Below are positions 8,077 to 16,998 of a stretch of DNA of 28,169 nt, piece after piece (within the stretch, counting starts at the first letter, position 1; each line of letters begins with the position of its first letter). Made by a program: the position numbers and the translations under genes. The DNA lies in NCBI GenBank assembly GCA_017558545.1, contig JAFYUG010000218.1, forward strand, positions 1 to 28,169, written 5' to 3'. This DNA comes from Oscillospiraceae bacterium. GTDB lineage: Bacteria > Bacillota > Clostridia > Oscillospirales > Oscillospiraceae. The notes beneath the pieces are model-generated. The model worked only from the letters and a program-made list of their open reading frames with translations, was not told the DNA's origin and did no database searches.

Positions 8077-9437
8077 ATAACTGCATCAATTGCCTCGCGA
8101 ATATTTTTAACAGGAATCAACTCAAGATTGGCAGGCTTTTTAACTTCACCGCGGATATGCGCAGGAATAACACAATATTTGAAGCCTAGGCGAGAAACCT
8201 CTGTCAAACGCTGATTTATGGCGTTTACAGAGCGAATTTCGCCCGTAAGACCAACTTCGCCTATGGCTGCGGTATCGAAGCTTATAGCTCTATCACGCAC
8301 GCTGGAGGCGATTGCAAGCACTGTGGCGAGGTCTGCGGCCGGTTCATCAAGGTCAAGTCCGCCAATAACATTAATATATGCATCACATCCTGCAATTGAC
8401 ATACCGCCGCGCTTATCCAAAACGGCAAGAAGCAGCATTGCGCGATTATAATCTATACCATTGGCATTACGTCGCGCACCACTGAAACCGGCAGGAGTAA
8501 CAAGCGCCTGTATTTCTGCCAAAATTGGTCTGGAACCTTCCATTACGCAGGTTACGCATGTTCCCGGAATTTTGCCGGGTCTGCCTGAAAGAAGCATTTC
8601 GGAAGGATTTGGAACCTCTTTCAGGCCGTTATCAATCATTTCAAAAACGCCAATTTCATTAGTAGATCCGAAACGATTTTTGGCAGCTCTTAAAATTCGA
8701 TAACTCATTGCTCGATCACCTTCAAAATAAAGCACGCAATCCACCATGTGTTCCAAAACCTTGGGACCGGCAATGGCACCCTCTTTATTGACGTGGCCTA
8801 CTACAAAACAGGTGAAGCCGTTGATTTTTGCTTTCTGCATGATTGCCATTGTGCAATCTTTTACCTGACTGACACTACCCGGACCTGAAGAAAGATCACC
8901 GTTAAACATCGTTTGAATGGAGTCAATAATAACAATATCGGGGTCAAGAGAGTCAACTTCGTTCATTATTGCATCGAGATTTGTTTCTGACAGAACATAG
9001 ATGCTGTCTCTTTCAACTCCAAGCCTTTGAGCTCTGAGCTTAAGCTGACGCTGGCTCTCCTCACCTGTTACATAAAGTATTTTTTCATCAGGCATCAAAC
9101 CGCAAATTTGCAGAAGTAAGGTTGATTTTCCTATTCCGGGAGCACCACCTACAAGAACAAGAGAGCCTCTTACGGCGCCGCCGCCCAAAACTCGGTCTAA
9201 CTCCCCTATTCCTGTGGAAAAACGAAGTTCTTCGCTGCTATCAAGTTCAGTAATAGGTTTAGCAGTGTTAGCTCTGACTCCGGAGACTTTTACCGCTCCT
9301 GATTTATTCTTTGTGTTAATGCTTGCAGCAGGAGCTTCCACTATGGTGTTCCATCTTCCGCAAGCAGGACATTGTCCAAACCATTTTGCGGTTTCGTTTC
9401 CGCATTCGGTGCAATAGAATTTCGTTCTTTCTTTCAT
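8073..9437 (-). CDS. radA: DNA repair protein RadA/Sms
   Basis: N-terminal C4 zinc finger (CTECG...CPACG), Walker A GAPGIGKST, KNRFG motif and Lon-like C-terminus. Confidence 0.98.
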   Translation of the reverse strand: MKERTKFYCTECGNETAKWFGQCPACGRWNTIVEAPAASINTKNKSGAVKVSGVRANTAKPITELDSSEELRFSTGIGELDRVLGGGAVRGSLVLVGGAPGIGKSTLLLQICGLMPDEKILYVTGEESQRQLKLRAQRLGVERDSIYVLSETNLDAIMNEVDSLDPDIVIIDSIQTMFNGDLSSGPGSVSQVKDCTMAIMQKAKINGFTCFVVGHVNKEGAIAGPKVLEHMVDCVLYFEGDRAMSYRILRAAKNRFGSTNEIGVFEMIDNGLKEVPNPSEMLLSGRPGKIPGTCVTCVMEGSRPILAEIQALVTPAGFSGARRNANGIDYNRAMLLLAVLDKRGGMSIAGCDAYINVIGGLDLDEPAADLATVLAIASSVRDRAISFDTAAIGEVGLTGEIRSVNAINQRLTEVSRLGFKYCVIPAHIRGEVKKPANLELIPVKNIREAIDAVI

Positions 9438-9449
9438 TTGTGCCTCCGG

Positions 9450-10163
9450 CTATTGATTAATATAGCTTATGTATGATGAGAAAATAACAGATGCAATTTG
9501 CTTTTGATAGTTCTCATTTAATAATAGAGAAAGTTCGGATTCATTGGAAATAAATCCGCATTCTACCAATATTGCAGGACATTTTGCTTTGTTAATCAGG
9601 TATATATTATCATCAATTGGCGAAGCTACCCTTCGGTTATGCGAACACAAGGTATCGTTTAGCATATTATGGGTAAGCTCTCCCAAAGCCTTGGACTCAT
9701 CGTTTGGAGCATACAGCACCTGGGGGCCTGATGGCCTTGAGTCCGGATACTTGTTTTGGTGAATGCTTATTAATGTTGCGTTTTGAAAAGAGTTAATAAG
9801 CTCAAGCCTTCTGTTTTGATCCCAACGTTTTTTAAGAGCAATGGAATTGGCGTCAGAAGGATAATCCAATTCTTCGCTTATACGGGTCATAATTGGATTT
9901 ACGCCAAATAATTTGCTTAAGGACTCAAGCTTCAATGCAATGGATAAGTTGATAATACTTTCCTTTGTTCCGTCTTTGGCGACCGCGCCGCCATCAGCTC
10001 CGCCATGACCGGCATCTATAATCAATATAGGTTCGGCATTGGTATTGCTAATGTTATTTGCGCTGATATATGCATTGCCATTAGCTCTTATTAAGATTAT
10101 GCCAGTAATAATCAAAAAAAGCAAGGCTGCACTTAGGGAGCTTTTTATATAAATGAATTTCAT
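9450..10163 (-). CDS. cwlD: N-acetylmuramoyl-L-alanine amidase (Amidase_3, CwlD-like)
   Basis: N-terminal TM helix; IDAGHGG, KE..INL, ISIHQN and LVECGFISN zinc-amidase motifs. The cwlD symbol is inferred from the architecture and the spoIVA context. Confidence 0.7.
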   Translation of the reverse strand: MKFIYIKSSLSAALLFLIITGIILIRANGNAYISANNISNTNAEPILIIDAGHGGADGGAVAKDGTKESIINLSIALKLESLSKLFGVNPIMTRISEELDYPSDANSIALKKRWDQNRRLELINSFQNATLISIHQNKYPDSRPSGPQVLYAPNDESKALGELTHNMLNDTLCSHNRRVASPIDDNIYLINKAKCPAILVECGFISNESELSLLLNENYQKQIASVIFSSYISYINQ

Positions 10164-10176
10164 TTATATAAAATAA

Positions 10177-11655
10177 TTAAAGAATTATACAGATTAGTCC
10201 GCCGCTACCTTCGTTAACAATTCTTTGGAGAGAATTTTGCAGTTTATTTTTTGTTTCTGCGGGAAGAGCTTTTAATTTTCCTGTTAGAGACTCCCCTGCT
10301 ATATCGTTTAATGATTTCCCAAATATATTGCTGTCCCAAATTTTGCTCATATCCCCATCAAAACCTTGTATTAGGAAATTTATCATATCCTCTGAGGCTT
10401 TTTCTCCACCAATGGCGGGAGATACCTCCGTTTCGATATTTGTCCTTATTAAGTGTATACTTGGCGCACTGGCCTTTAATTTTACGCTATAACGACCGCT
10501 TTGTTTAATGACCTGAGGTTCTTCCAGTTTCATTTCCTCCACACTTGGCATCATTATGCCATAGCCGCATTCTCTGACTTCTTCCATCGCGTCATGAAAG
10601 CGTTCATACTCGTGTTTTAATCCGCTAAGCGAGGATAATATCTCTACTAAATCTTTATCATTTTTTATAATAAATCCTGATTCACTGCTGAGTGTTTCAT
10701 AATATAGTGCTCCGGGGACAGATATTTTGATATTAACAATTCCGTGGGCAGCATCAGCCAAGCATACTTCTGCTTCTGATATATTCTCGTTCGCAGATAG
10801 GTTTTCTGTTATCTTAAAACGTTGACCCAGCGTTTTTGCCTCGGCGCAAGATTCATATACTGCATTATAGATATCTCTTTTAAGCGTTTTATTGTTGCAG
10901 AGAGCCTCTATCCACTGCGGTATATAGAAACAATATTTTTCTATTGGGAATGAGGTCAGGATGCTATCAAGAATGTATTTTATCTCAATCTCATCCATTT
11001 CCGTACAATTTACCGGGATGCACTTGCAGTTATATTTTTCGCTTAGTTCCTTGGCAAGAGAGGTTGAGCTTTCAGACTTAGGCTCTTTGCAATTAAGCAG
11101 CAAAACAAAGGGTTTTCCGGAGTCCTTCATTTCCGAAATAGTCTTTTCTTCTCCGCGAATATATTCTTCTCTTGGAATTTCGCATATTGAGCCATCTGTG
11201 GTGATAATAATCCCAATGGTAGAGTGATCTCTTATTACTCTTCTTGTTCCCTCTTCTGCTGCGCGGCTGATAGGTACTTCGTGGTCATACCATGGCGTTA
11301 TGACCATTCTTTCCCCGCCGTTTTCTATATTTCCTATAGCACCGTTAACCATATATCCAACGCAATCAATTAGTCTTACGGCGCAGTTTAATCCGTCTTC
11401 CAGTCGGAGATTTATAGCTTCTTCGGGGATGAATTTGGGTTCGGCCGTCATAATTGTTTTTCCGGAGCCGCTTTGAGGGAGTTCGTCTCTTGTTCTTTCT
11501 TTGATGTAAGGATCTTCAATTGTAGGCAAAATCAGCTTATCCATAAAACGTTTAATGAAACTTGATTTTCCCGTTCTAACAGGCCCTACTATACCAATAT
11601 AAAGTTTTCCGTTGGTTCTGATTGCTATATCCTTATACATCTCTGAAACACTCAT
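10177..11655 (-). CDS. spoIVA: Stage IV sporulation protein A
   Basis: 492 aa; GPVRTGKS Walker A, TAEPKFIP and a C-terminal GGLICIIL. Confidence 0.97.
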   Translation of the reverse strand: MSVSEMYKDIAIRTNGKLYIGIVGPVRTGKSSFIKRFMDKLILPTIEDPYIKERTRDELPQSGSGKTIMTAEPKFIPEEAINLRLEDGLNCAVRLIDCVGYMVNGAIGNIENGGERMVITPWYDHEVPISRAAEEGTRRVIRDHSTIGIIITTDGSICEIPREEYIRGEEKTISEMKDSGKPFVLLLNCKEPKSESSTSLAKELSEKYNCKCIPVNCTEMDEIEIKYILDSILTSFPIEKYCFYIPQWIEALCNNKTLKRDIYNAVYESCAEAKTLGQRFKITENLSANENISEAEVCLADAAHGIVNIKISVPGALYYETLSSESGFIIKNDKDLVEILSSLSGLKHEYERFHDAMEEVRECGYGIMMPSVEEMKLEEPQVIKQSGRYSVKLKASAPSIHLIRTNIETEVSPAIGGEKASEDMINFLIQGFDGDMSKIWDSNIFGKSLNDIAGESLTGKLKALPAETKNKLQNSLQRIVNEGSGGLICIIL

Positions 11656-11691
11656 AAATAAGCCTCCGAATTTATTTTCAGGTTTTGTACA

Positions 11692-11720
11692 AGAATATGA
11701 AGGAGAATAATTCCTTATGC
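11692..11720 (-). promoter_or_regulatory. Sigma-E-type promoter of spoIVA
   Basis: Minus strand reads GCATA-N16-CATATTCT, fitting the sigma-E consensus ATa-N16-18-cATAcanT. spoIVA is a known sigma-E target. Confidence 0.65.
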
Positions 11721-11751
11721 AAAAACCTCGCAGTATTAACTGCGAGGTTTT
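11721..11751 (-). terminator. Intrinsic terminator after trmK-nif3
   Basis: 13-bp stem aaaacctcgcagt / actgcgaggtttt with a U-tract. Confidence 0.8.
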
Positions 11752-11758
11752 AATTTAA

Positions 11759-12553
11759 TCATATGAATTGAATTGCCTGAGAATGCACTTTGGAAATAAC
11801 TACATCCAAGGTGGAGAAGGATTTGCTTAGCATTTCCGCCATAACCGGCACAACAACATTTTCAGTGCAGAAATGGTCAGCGTCAATAAGATTAAGACCT
11901 AATTCCTTTGCCAAAAGAAAATGATCATATTTAAGATCGGCGGTTACATAAGTGTCGCAGCCGGAATTAAATGCGGCAAGCATATCACCGGCACCGGCTC
12001 CGCCGCAGCAGGCTATCTTGCGAACATTTTTGCCGCCGCTAACATATCTGAGACCGTTTGAATTGAGACTATTCTTAATGTTGATTAAGAAAGACTCCAG
12101 CTCCATATCGGCCTCCAGCTCGCCTATGCGGCTTATACCATAGGGCGTTCCGTCGGGATGATTGCCGTGAGGTGCCAAAAGAGTGATATTTTTAGCACCC
12201 AGTGCATCCATCAGGGCATCATTAACACCGCCCTTTGCGGAGTCCATATTTGTATGAAGGCAGATGCAGGAAATTCCGTTTTCAATCATCTTGATGATTT
12301 TTCTGCCCTTGGAATCATCAAAAGTGACCTTTTTTATTGCTTCAAATATAAGAGGATGGTGAGAAACAATAAGATTTGCGCCAAGATTGATGGCTTCATC
12401 AATAACATCGTCTGTGATGTCCAAAGCGACAATGACTTTTGCAACTTCGGTTTCAAGCTTGCCTACAAGATGACCGATATTATCAAAGTCAAACTTCATA
12501 TAGAAAGGAGCTACTGTATTAAAATAATCAAGTATATCTTTTACTTTTGCCAT
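11759..12553 (-). CDS. Nif3-like dinuclear metal centre protein (YbgI/YqfO family)
   Basis: Motifs DNIG, LIVSHHPLIF, LHTNMD and DADHFCTE. Confidence 0.93.
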   Translation of the reverse strand: MAKVKDILDYFNTVAPFYMKFDFDNIGHLVGKLETEVAKVIVALDITDDVIDEAINLGANLIVSHHPLIFEAIKKVTFDDSKGRKIIKMIENGISCICLHTNMDSAKGGVNDALMDALGAKNITLLAPHGNHPDGTPYGISRIGELEADMELESFLINIKNSLNSNGLRYVSGGKNVRKIACCGGAGAGDMLAAFNSGCDTYVTADLKYDHFLLAKELGLNLIDADHFCTENVVVPVMAEMLSKSFSTLDVVISKVHSQAIQFI

Positions 12554-13239
12554 TTTTCGGTCTCCTCTTTAAGACGCTTTAATTCTTCAATGAATCCTTT
12601 ATGCTGAATAAACTCTTCCCGGCATACAGATCTGGACTTTTCCATTCCTTTAAGTACTTTCAATTCGCGCTTAATAAGCCCTTCAAGATAAGCGCCAAGA
12701 AGTCTGTCCTGCTTTTCAATGAGATGATTGTCAATAATAAAAGAATCGGGAATTTTTACATTCTCGCAGCCGGATGCATCCCAAACGAGATATATGCGGC
12801 CTGTATCATAAACAAGTTCAGCATCATTAATTGAATAACCGTTTTCATACAGCCATTTTCTCAGTTCGGGAATTTTGGACTGAGGCTGGATAATAAGGCG
12901 CTTTTCTTTAGTCCAAGGTGCTTCTTCCAAGATGCTGATAACGGTTTCACCGCCCATGCCGGCAATGATTGCAATGTCTATTTCATCGGCTGAATATTTA
13001 TTAAGTCCTGCACACAGACGAAAATCTATGAATTTGTCAACACCTGCGTTTGCGGCGGTTTTAATAGCTGTCTGAAGGGGGCCTTCCCTGATGTCGGAGG
13101 CAATAACCTTTGAGCAGATGTTATTTTGAATAAGCCAAGCAGGAATATAGCCGTGGTCAGTTCCAACATCGGCGGCAACACTGCCTTTTTCAACTTTATT
13201 TGCAAGGCATTGAAGTCTTTTGGAGAGTGTAACAGTCAT
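12541..13239 (-). CDS. trmK: tRNA (adenine22-N1)-methyltransferase
   Basis: LSKRL, ADVGTDHGYIP, IIAGMGGETVISIL and LIIQPQS; typical trmK-nif3 pairing. Confidence 0.92.
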   Translation of the reverse strand: MTVTLSKRLQCLANKVEKGSVAADVGTDHGYIPAWLIQNNICSKVIASDIREGPLQTAIKTAANAGVDKFIDFRLCAGLNKYSADEIDIAIIAGMGGETVISILEEAPWTKEKRLIIQPQSKIPELRKWLYENGYSINDAELVYDTGRIYLVWDASGCENVKIPDSFIIDNHLIEKQDRLLGAYLEGLIKRELKVLKGMEKSRSVCREEFIQHKGFIEELKRLKEETEKWQK

Positions 13240-13262
13240 ACCTGAATATCCTCCTATGCTAA

Positions 13263-13286
13263 TCGGCGGAGGAAAACCTCCGCCGA
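13263..13286. terminator. GC-rich 10-bp hairpin between DUF1858 and trmK
   Basis: tcggcggagg-aaaa-cctccgccga; a T-run follows only on the plus strand. Confidence 0.55.
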
Positions 13287-13317
13287 AGCTTTTTCTGATA
13301 TAATTGATATATTAGAC

Positions 13318-13521
13318 TTAGAGAGCAGCGATAAACTCGTTGAGCTTCTTTACGAATGCGTCAGCATCAACACCGTGTGCAGCGCAAGCCTGAGCAACAT
13401 TTTCGCCGGAAGCCATAGCGCATCCCATGCAGTGCATGCCAATGCTTCTGAAAAGGGGCTGAGTTTCGGGAGCATTCATCATAATATCAGCAATGATAGT
13501 CTCTTTGGTAATTTCAAACAT
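13318..13521 (-). CDS. DUF1858 domain protein (hybrid-cluster-associated redox-disulfide-type)
   Basis: ITKETIIADI...GMHCMGC.MASGENVAQAC.AHGVD; SD ggagg. Confidence 0.88.
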   Translation of the reverse strand: MFEITKETIIADIMMNAPETQPLFRSIGMHCMGCAMASGENVAQACAAHGVDADAFVKKLNEFIAAL

Positions 13522-13553
13522 GTGTTTTAACCTCCAATTTTATTGACATATTT

Positions 13554-13581
13554 ATTATACCTTAAATATGCTAAATTTCAA
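13554..13581 (-). promoter_or_regulatory. Sigma-A promoter of the DUF1858 gene
   Basis: TTGAAA-N16-TATAAT on the minus strand. Confidence 0.6.
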
Positions 13582-13607
13582 TATATATTTATTTGTAAGG
13601 AAAGAAA

Positions 13608-13646
13608 ATACAAAAAGGTGCGCTAATAATGCGCACCTTTTTGTAT
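13608..13646. terminator. Bidirectional intrinsic terminator after the zinc-ribbon gene
   Basis: Perfect 16-bp inverted repeat atacaaaaaggtgcgc / gcgcacctttttgtat. Confidence 0.88.
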
Positions 13647-13661
13647 ATGAGCAAACTGAAA

Positions 13662-13940
13662 TTACTCAGCAGCCTTCATCTTTGCAAAGCAATCGCTGCA
13701 GTAAACAGGACGATCATCTCTGGGCTGGAAAGGCACCTTTGCCTCGCCGCCGCAGGCAGCGCAGGTAGCGGTGAAGAACTCACGGGGAGCGCGAGTGGCG
13801 TTCTTGCGAGCGTCACGGCAGCTCTTGCAACGCTGGGGCTCATTCTGGAAGCCGCGCTCTGCATAGAATTCCTGTTCGCCGGCGGAGAAAATAAATTCAG
13901 CACCGCACTCTTTGCAAACTAAAGTCTTGTCTTCGTACAT
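13662..13940 (-). CDS. Zinc-ribbon / CxxC-x17-CxxC domain protein
   Basis: DKTLVCKECG.EF.FS.GEQEFY...PQRCKSCR, then CAACG...PFQPR.DRPVYCSDCF. Confidence 0.92.
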   Translation of the reverse strand: MYEDKTLVCKECGAEFIFSAGEQEFYAERGFQNEPQRCKSCRDARKNATRAPREFFTATCAACGGEAKVPFQPRDDRPVYCSDCFAKMKAAE

Positions 13941-13997
13941 TTTGAATCCTCTCTTTTAGCTAATGTTTTGCCCAATGGGCTGTATATGCGTCAGCAA

Positions 13998-14612
13998 TCA
14001 GCTGAAATCGCCAAGGTTAAGGTGTCGCGCCAGTTTGCTCCTGATGCGTTGTACAGCATTATCCACAGATTTGACATTCTTGCCGCATTTTTCGGCAATT
14101 TCGATGTATGAATAACCGTCAAGGTAATAATCCAAAACTAAAATCTCAAATTTGGATAAATGCTTTGAATTAGCAGAAATAAAGTCGTTTTTGCTCTCTC
14201 TGGCAAGAACCTGCTCCTCAGGTGAGCGGCTGAATGTTTCAACGCTGTAAGCCGTAAGGTTATTGGATTCTTCGGAAAGTATCTCGTCGAGGGACACACC
14301 GTCATTAAGAAAAGCGTGCTTTAATCTGGTTGCGCTTTTAACAGCGCTTTGAAGGCGTCTGATTACACACACTTCGGCATAACTCTTGAAAGGAACGCCG
14401 AAATCAGGGTCATATTCACGAACTGCTGATAACAGCCCAAGCATACCTTCCTGGATGAGATCTTCGCTATCCCCTCCTGCAAGAAAATATGGTCTTGCAC
14501 AAATTCTCACAAGACGACGATAGCGGATAACAAGTTCGTTTTCTGCAAAACTGTCGCCCTCTGCAGCAAGTCGCTGAAGCTCGATATCATTAAGTTCGAT
14601 ATAATTGTCCAA
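13998..14612 (-). CDS. sigH: RNA polymerase sigma factor sigma-H
   Basis: ARPYFLAGGDSEDLIQEGMLGLLSAVREY and SY.EIA...KSVDNAVQRIR.KL. The start is uncertain: TTG 14612 has an SD (ggtagga), while GTG 14633 and ATG 14630 have none. Confidence 0.9.
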   Translation of the reverse strand: MDNYIELNDIELQRLAAEGDSFAENELVIRYRRLVRICARPYFLAGGDSEDLIQEGMLGLLSAVREYDPDFGVPFKSYAEVCVIRRLQSAVKSATRLKHAFLNDGVSLDEILSEESNNLTAYSVETFSRSPEEQVLARESKNDFISANSKHLSKFEILVLDYYLDGYSYIEIAEKCGKNVKSVDNAVQRIRSKLARHLNLGDFS

Positions 14613-14641
14613 ATGTAAATTTCCTACCATCACATTATGTG

Positions 14642-14670
14642 ATTATAGTATTAATTAATAAAAATGTCAA
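14642..14670 (-). promoter_or_regulatory. Consensus sigma-A promoter of sigH
   Basis: Exact TTGACA-N17-TATAAT on the minus strand. Confidence 0.85.
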
Positions 14671-14727
14671 GGTTTACACAAGGTCTTATTGAATTTTTAT
14701 AAAATATTTGTGTAAATTTCGCAAGAA

Positions 14728-15768
14728 TTAAAGTTCCATCTGACTTTGTCCGAGAAATTCAATGCCAAGATGCTCATAGGCTTTACGAGTGACACAGCGT
14801 CCTCTGGGAGTTCGTGTAAGAAAACCCTGCTGGAGAAGATAAGGCTCATAAACGTCTTCAAGAGTGATTGCTTCCTCGTTAATAGTGGCAGCAAGAGTGT
14901 CAAGACCCACAGGGCCGCCGCCATAAAAGTCTATTATACTTTTGAGCATGCGTCTATCAATGGAGTCAAGGCCAAGGTGGTCAACCTCAAGTCTTGTGAG
15001 GGCAAGGTCTGCTACTTCCTTGGTAATAACGCCTCCGGCTCTCACCTGCGCAAAGTCTCTTACTCTGCGGAGCATACGGTTTGCAATACGAGGGGTGCCG
15101 CGGCTGCGTTTAGCTATTTCGGCTGCACCGTCGGGCTCGATGACAATTCCCAATATGCCTGCGCTGCGTTCAACAATCAATTGCAGTTCCTCGGGAGTAT
15201 AAAGTTCAAGACGCAGAGAAACGCCAAAACGGTCGCGAAGAGGCGCGGTCAATTGTCCGGAACGGGTTGTTGCACCAATGAGAGTGAATTTGGGCAGATC
15301 AAGACGAATAGAGTTTGCGGAAGGGCCTTTGCCTATAATAATATCAATGGCGTAATCTTCCATTGCGGGATAGAGAATTTCCTCAACAGCTCTATTCAAA
15401 CGATGAATTTCGTCTACAAACAAAATATCGTTTTCCTGTAAATTGGTGAGCAAAGCTGCAAGATCGCCGGCTTTTTCAATGGTGGGGCCGGATGTAATAC
15501 GCATATTTACACCCATCTCGTTGGCGATAACAGAAGCCATTGTAGTTTTGCCAAGTCCCGGAGGTCCGGCGAGCAAAACATGGTCAAGAGGCTCACCGCG
15601 CATTTTTGCAGCCTGGATAAAAACGGTGAGATTATCCTTTGCGATTTCCTGTCCTATATATTCGTTGAGAAAACGAGGACGAAGGGAGCCTTCACCACCA
15701 TCTTCGGGCAAAAGTGAAGTGGATGTGAGAGCTTGTTCAAAACTATCATCAGAGAAATTAATGCTCAT
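14728..15768 (-). CDS. ruvB: Holliday junction branch-migration helicase RuvB
   Basis: [26 protein letters not shown] and RGTPRIANR. Confidence 0.98.
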   Translation of the reverse strand: MSINFSDDSFEQALTSTSLLPEDGGEGSLRPRFLNEYIGQEIAKDNLTVFIQAAKMRGEPLDHVLLAGPPGLGKTTMASVIANEMGVNMRITSGPTIEKAGDLAALLTNLQENDILFVDEIHRLNRAVEEILYPAMEDYAIDIIIGKGPSANSIRLDLPKFTLIGATTRSGQLTAPLRDRFGVSLRLELYTPEELQLIVERSAGILGIVIEPDGAAEIAKRSRGTPRIANRMLRRVRDFAQVRAGGVITKEVADLALTRLEVDHLGLDSIDRRMLKSIIDFYGGGPVGLDTLAATINEEAITLEDVYEPYLLQQGFLTRTPRGRCVTRKAYEHLGIEFLGQSQMEL

Positions 15769-15784
15769 TTATACCTATCCCCTT

Positions 15785-16390
15785 TCACTTAATCATCTGT
15801 TTGAGAGAAGCTTTGATTATTTCCTCAAGGCTGAGATTTTCAACATCGATTTTCTTGAATGCAGCTGAAATTTCAGAAGAAGAATATCCCAAAACAGCCA
15901 AAGCGGCGCTGGCGTCATTGAGCTTGCTATTTCCGCTTTCAGCGGTAGTGTTGAATGCAGGAATATCTGCAAAGGAAATTTCGGCAGTTTCTTTGGCGAG
16001 TTTATCCTTGAGCTCCAAGATGATGCGCTGAGCTATTTTTTTGCCTATTCCGGGAGCGGCAGTGAGGGCTTTTTCGTTTCCGGAAACAATGTTCATAACA
16101 AGGTTTTCGGGAGAGCCCGCAGACAAAATGGCGATGGCAGCTTTAGGGCCAACGCCGGAAATACCTATAAGCATTTCAAAACAGCGCTTTTCACTCTTGC
16201 TTACGAAGCCATATATGTCCATGCAATCTTCGCGAATATAGGTATATGTATAAAGTTTGCCTTTCTCTCCGGTTTTAAGCTGGCTTAGACTATAGTTTGA
16301 GGTATTAATTTCAAAGCCAACACCACCGCAATCAATTACAGCGATATTAGGAAGAATATCGGCAACTACACCGTTTATATAGTGGAACAT
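15785..16390 (-). CDS. ruvA: Holliday junction branch-migration protein RuvA
   Basis: IDCGGVGFEI, IRED...YGF, ISGVGPKAA and PGIGKKIAQRIILELKDK. Confidence 0.97.
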   Translation of the reverse strand: MFHYINGVVADILPNIAVIDCGGVGFEINTSNYSLSQLKTGEKGKLYTYTYIREDCMDIYGFVSKSEKRCFEMLIGISGVGPKAAIAILSAGSPENLVMNIVSGNEKALTAAPGIGKKIAQRIILELKDKLAKETAEISFADIPAFNTTAESGNSKLNDASAALAVLGYSSSEISAAFKKIDVENLSLEEIIKASLKQMIK

Positions 16391-16890
16391 ACGTTGTTAT
16401 TTCCTTTCAAACTAAGTAATGAAGTGGAGCTTCTTGCGTGGCATATAGCAAGGGCAACTGCATCGGCGGCGTCATCGGGCTTGGGTGGTGCGCTCATATT
16501 AAGAATGCGCCTTACCATGTCTATAACCTGCTTTTTTTCGGCTCTGCCATATCCGACAACAGCCTGCTTAACTTGGAGGGGGGTATACTCAAACACCGGT
16601 ATACCGGCCTTATATGCGGCGAGAAGAATAACTCCTCTGCCGTGAGCCACGGAAATACCTGTGGTGATATTGGTGTTGAAAAAAAGTTCCTCAATGCTGA
16701 TGACATCAGGTTTGAAGGTTTCGAATAGCTGGTTCAGATCGTTATAGATGAGATCCAAACGATATGAAAGAGCAGTTTTTGCGGGAGTTGAAATAATGCC
16801 GCAGGAAACATAGGATAGTTTGGAGCCGACGAAATCAACAACACCAAAGCCAACAGTTGCTATTCCGGGATCTATGCCCAAGACGCGCAT
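16375..16890 (-). CDS. ruvC: Crossover junction endodeoxyribonuclease RuvC
   Basis: VLGIDPG, IEELFF, GYGRAEKKQV and PDDAADAVALAICH. Confidence 0.97.
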   Translation of the reverse strand: MRVLGIDPGIATVGFGVVDFVGSKLSYVSCGIISTPAKTALSYRLDLIYNDLNQLFETFKPDVISIEELFFNTNITTGISVAHGRGVILLAAYKAGIPVFEYTPLQVKQAVVGYGRAEKKQVIDMVRRILNMSAPPKPDDAADAVALAICHARSSTSLLSLKGNNNVCSTI

Positions 16891-16925
16891 GATTTATCTC
16901 CTTTCAAAACATTAATTTTCATATT

Positions 16926-16954
16926 ATTTTACCACAGCAAATATTTCTCTGCAA
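16926..16954 (-). promoter_or_regulatory. Sigma-A promoter of ruvCAB
   Basis: TTGCAG-N17-TAAAAT with an extended -10 TG. Confidence 0.55.
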
Positions 16955-16955
16955 T

Positions 16956-16990
16956 AAAAAAAGCGTCACTTCGCAGGAAGTGACGCTTTT
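16956..16990 (-). terminator. Intrinsic terminator after xerD
   Basis: 14-bp stem aaaagcgtcacttc / gaagtgacgctttt with a U7 tract on the minus strand. Confidence 0.85.
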
Positions 16991-16998
16991 GCGACATA

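Noticed and set aside
13629-13922. 97-aa plus-strand ORF opposite the zinc-ribbon gene
   Set aside because: It starts inside a terminator and has no SD, so it is a shadow ORF.
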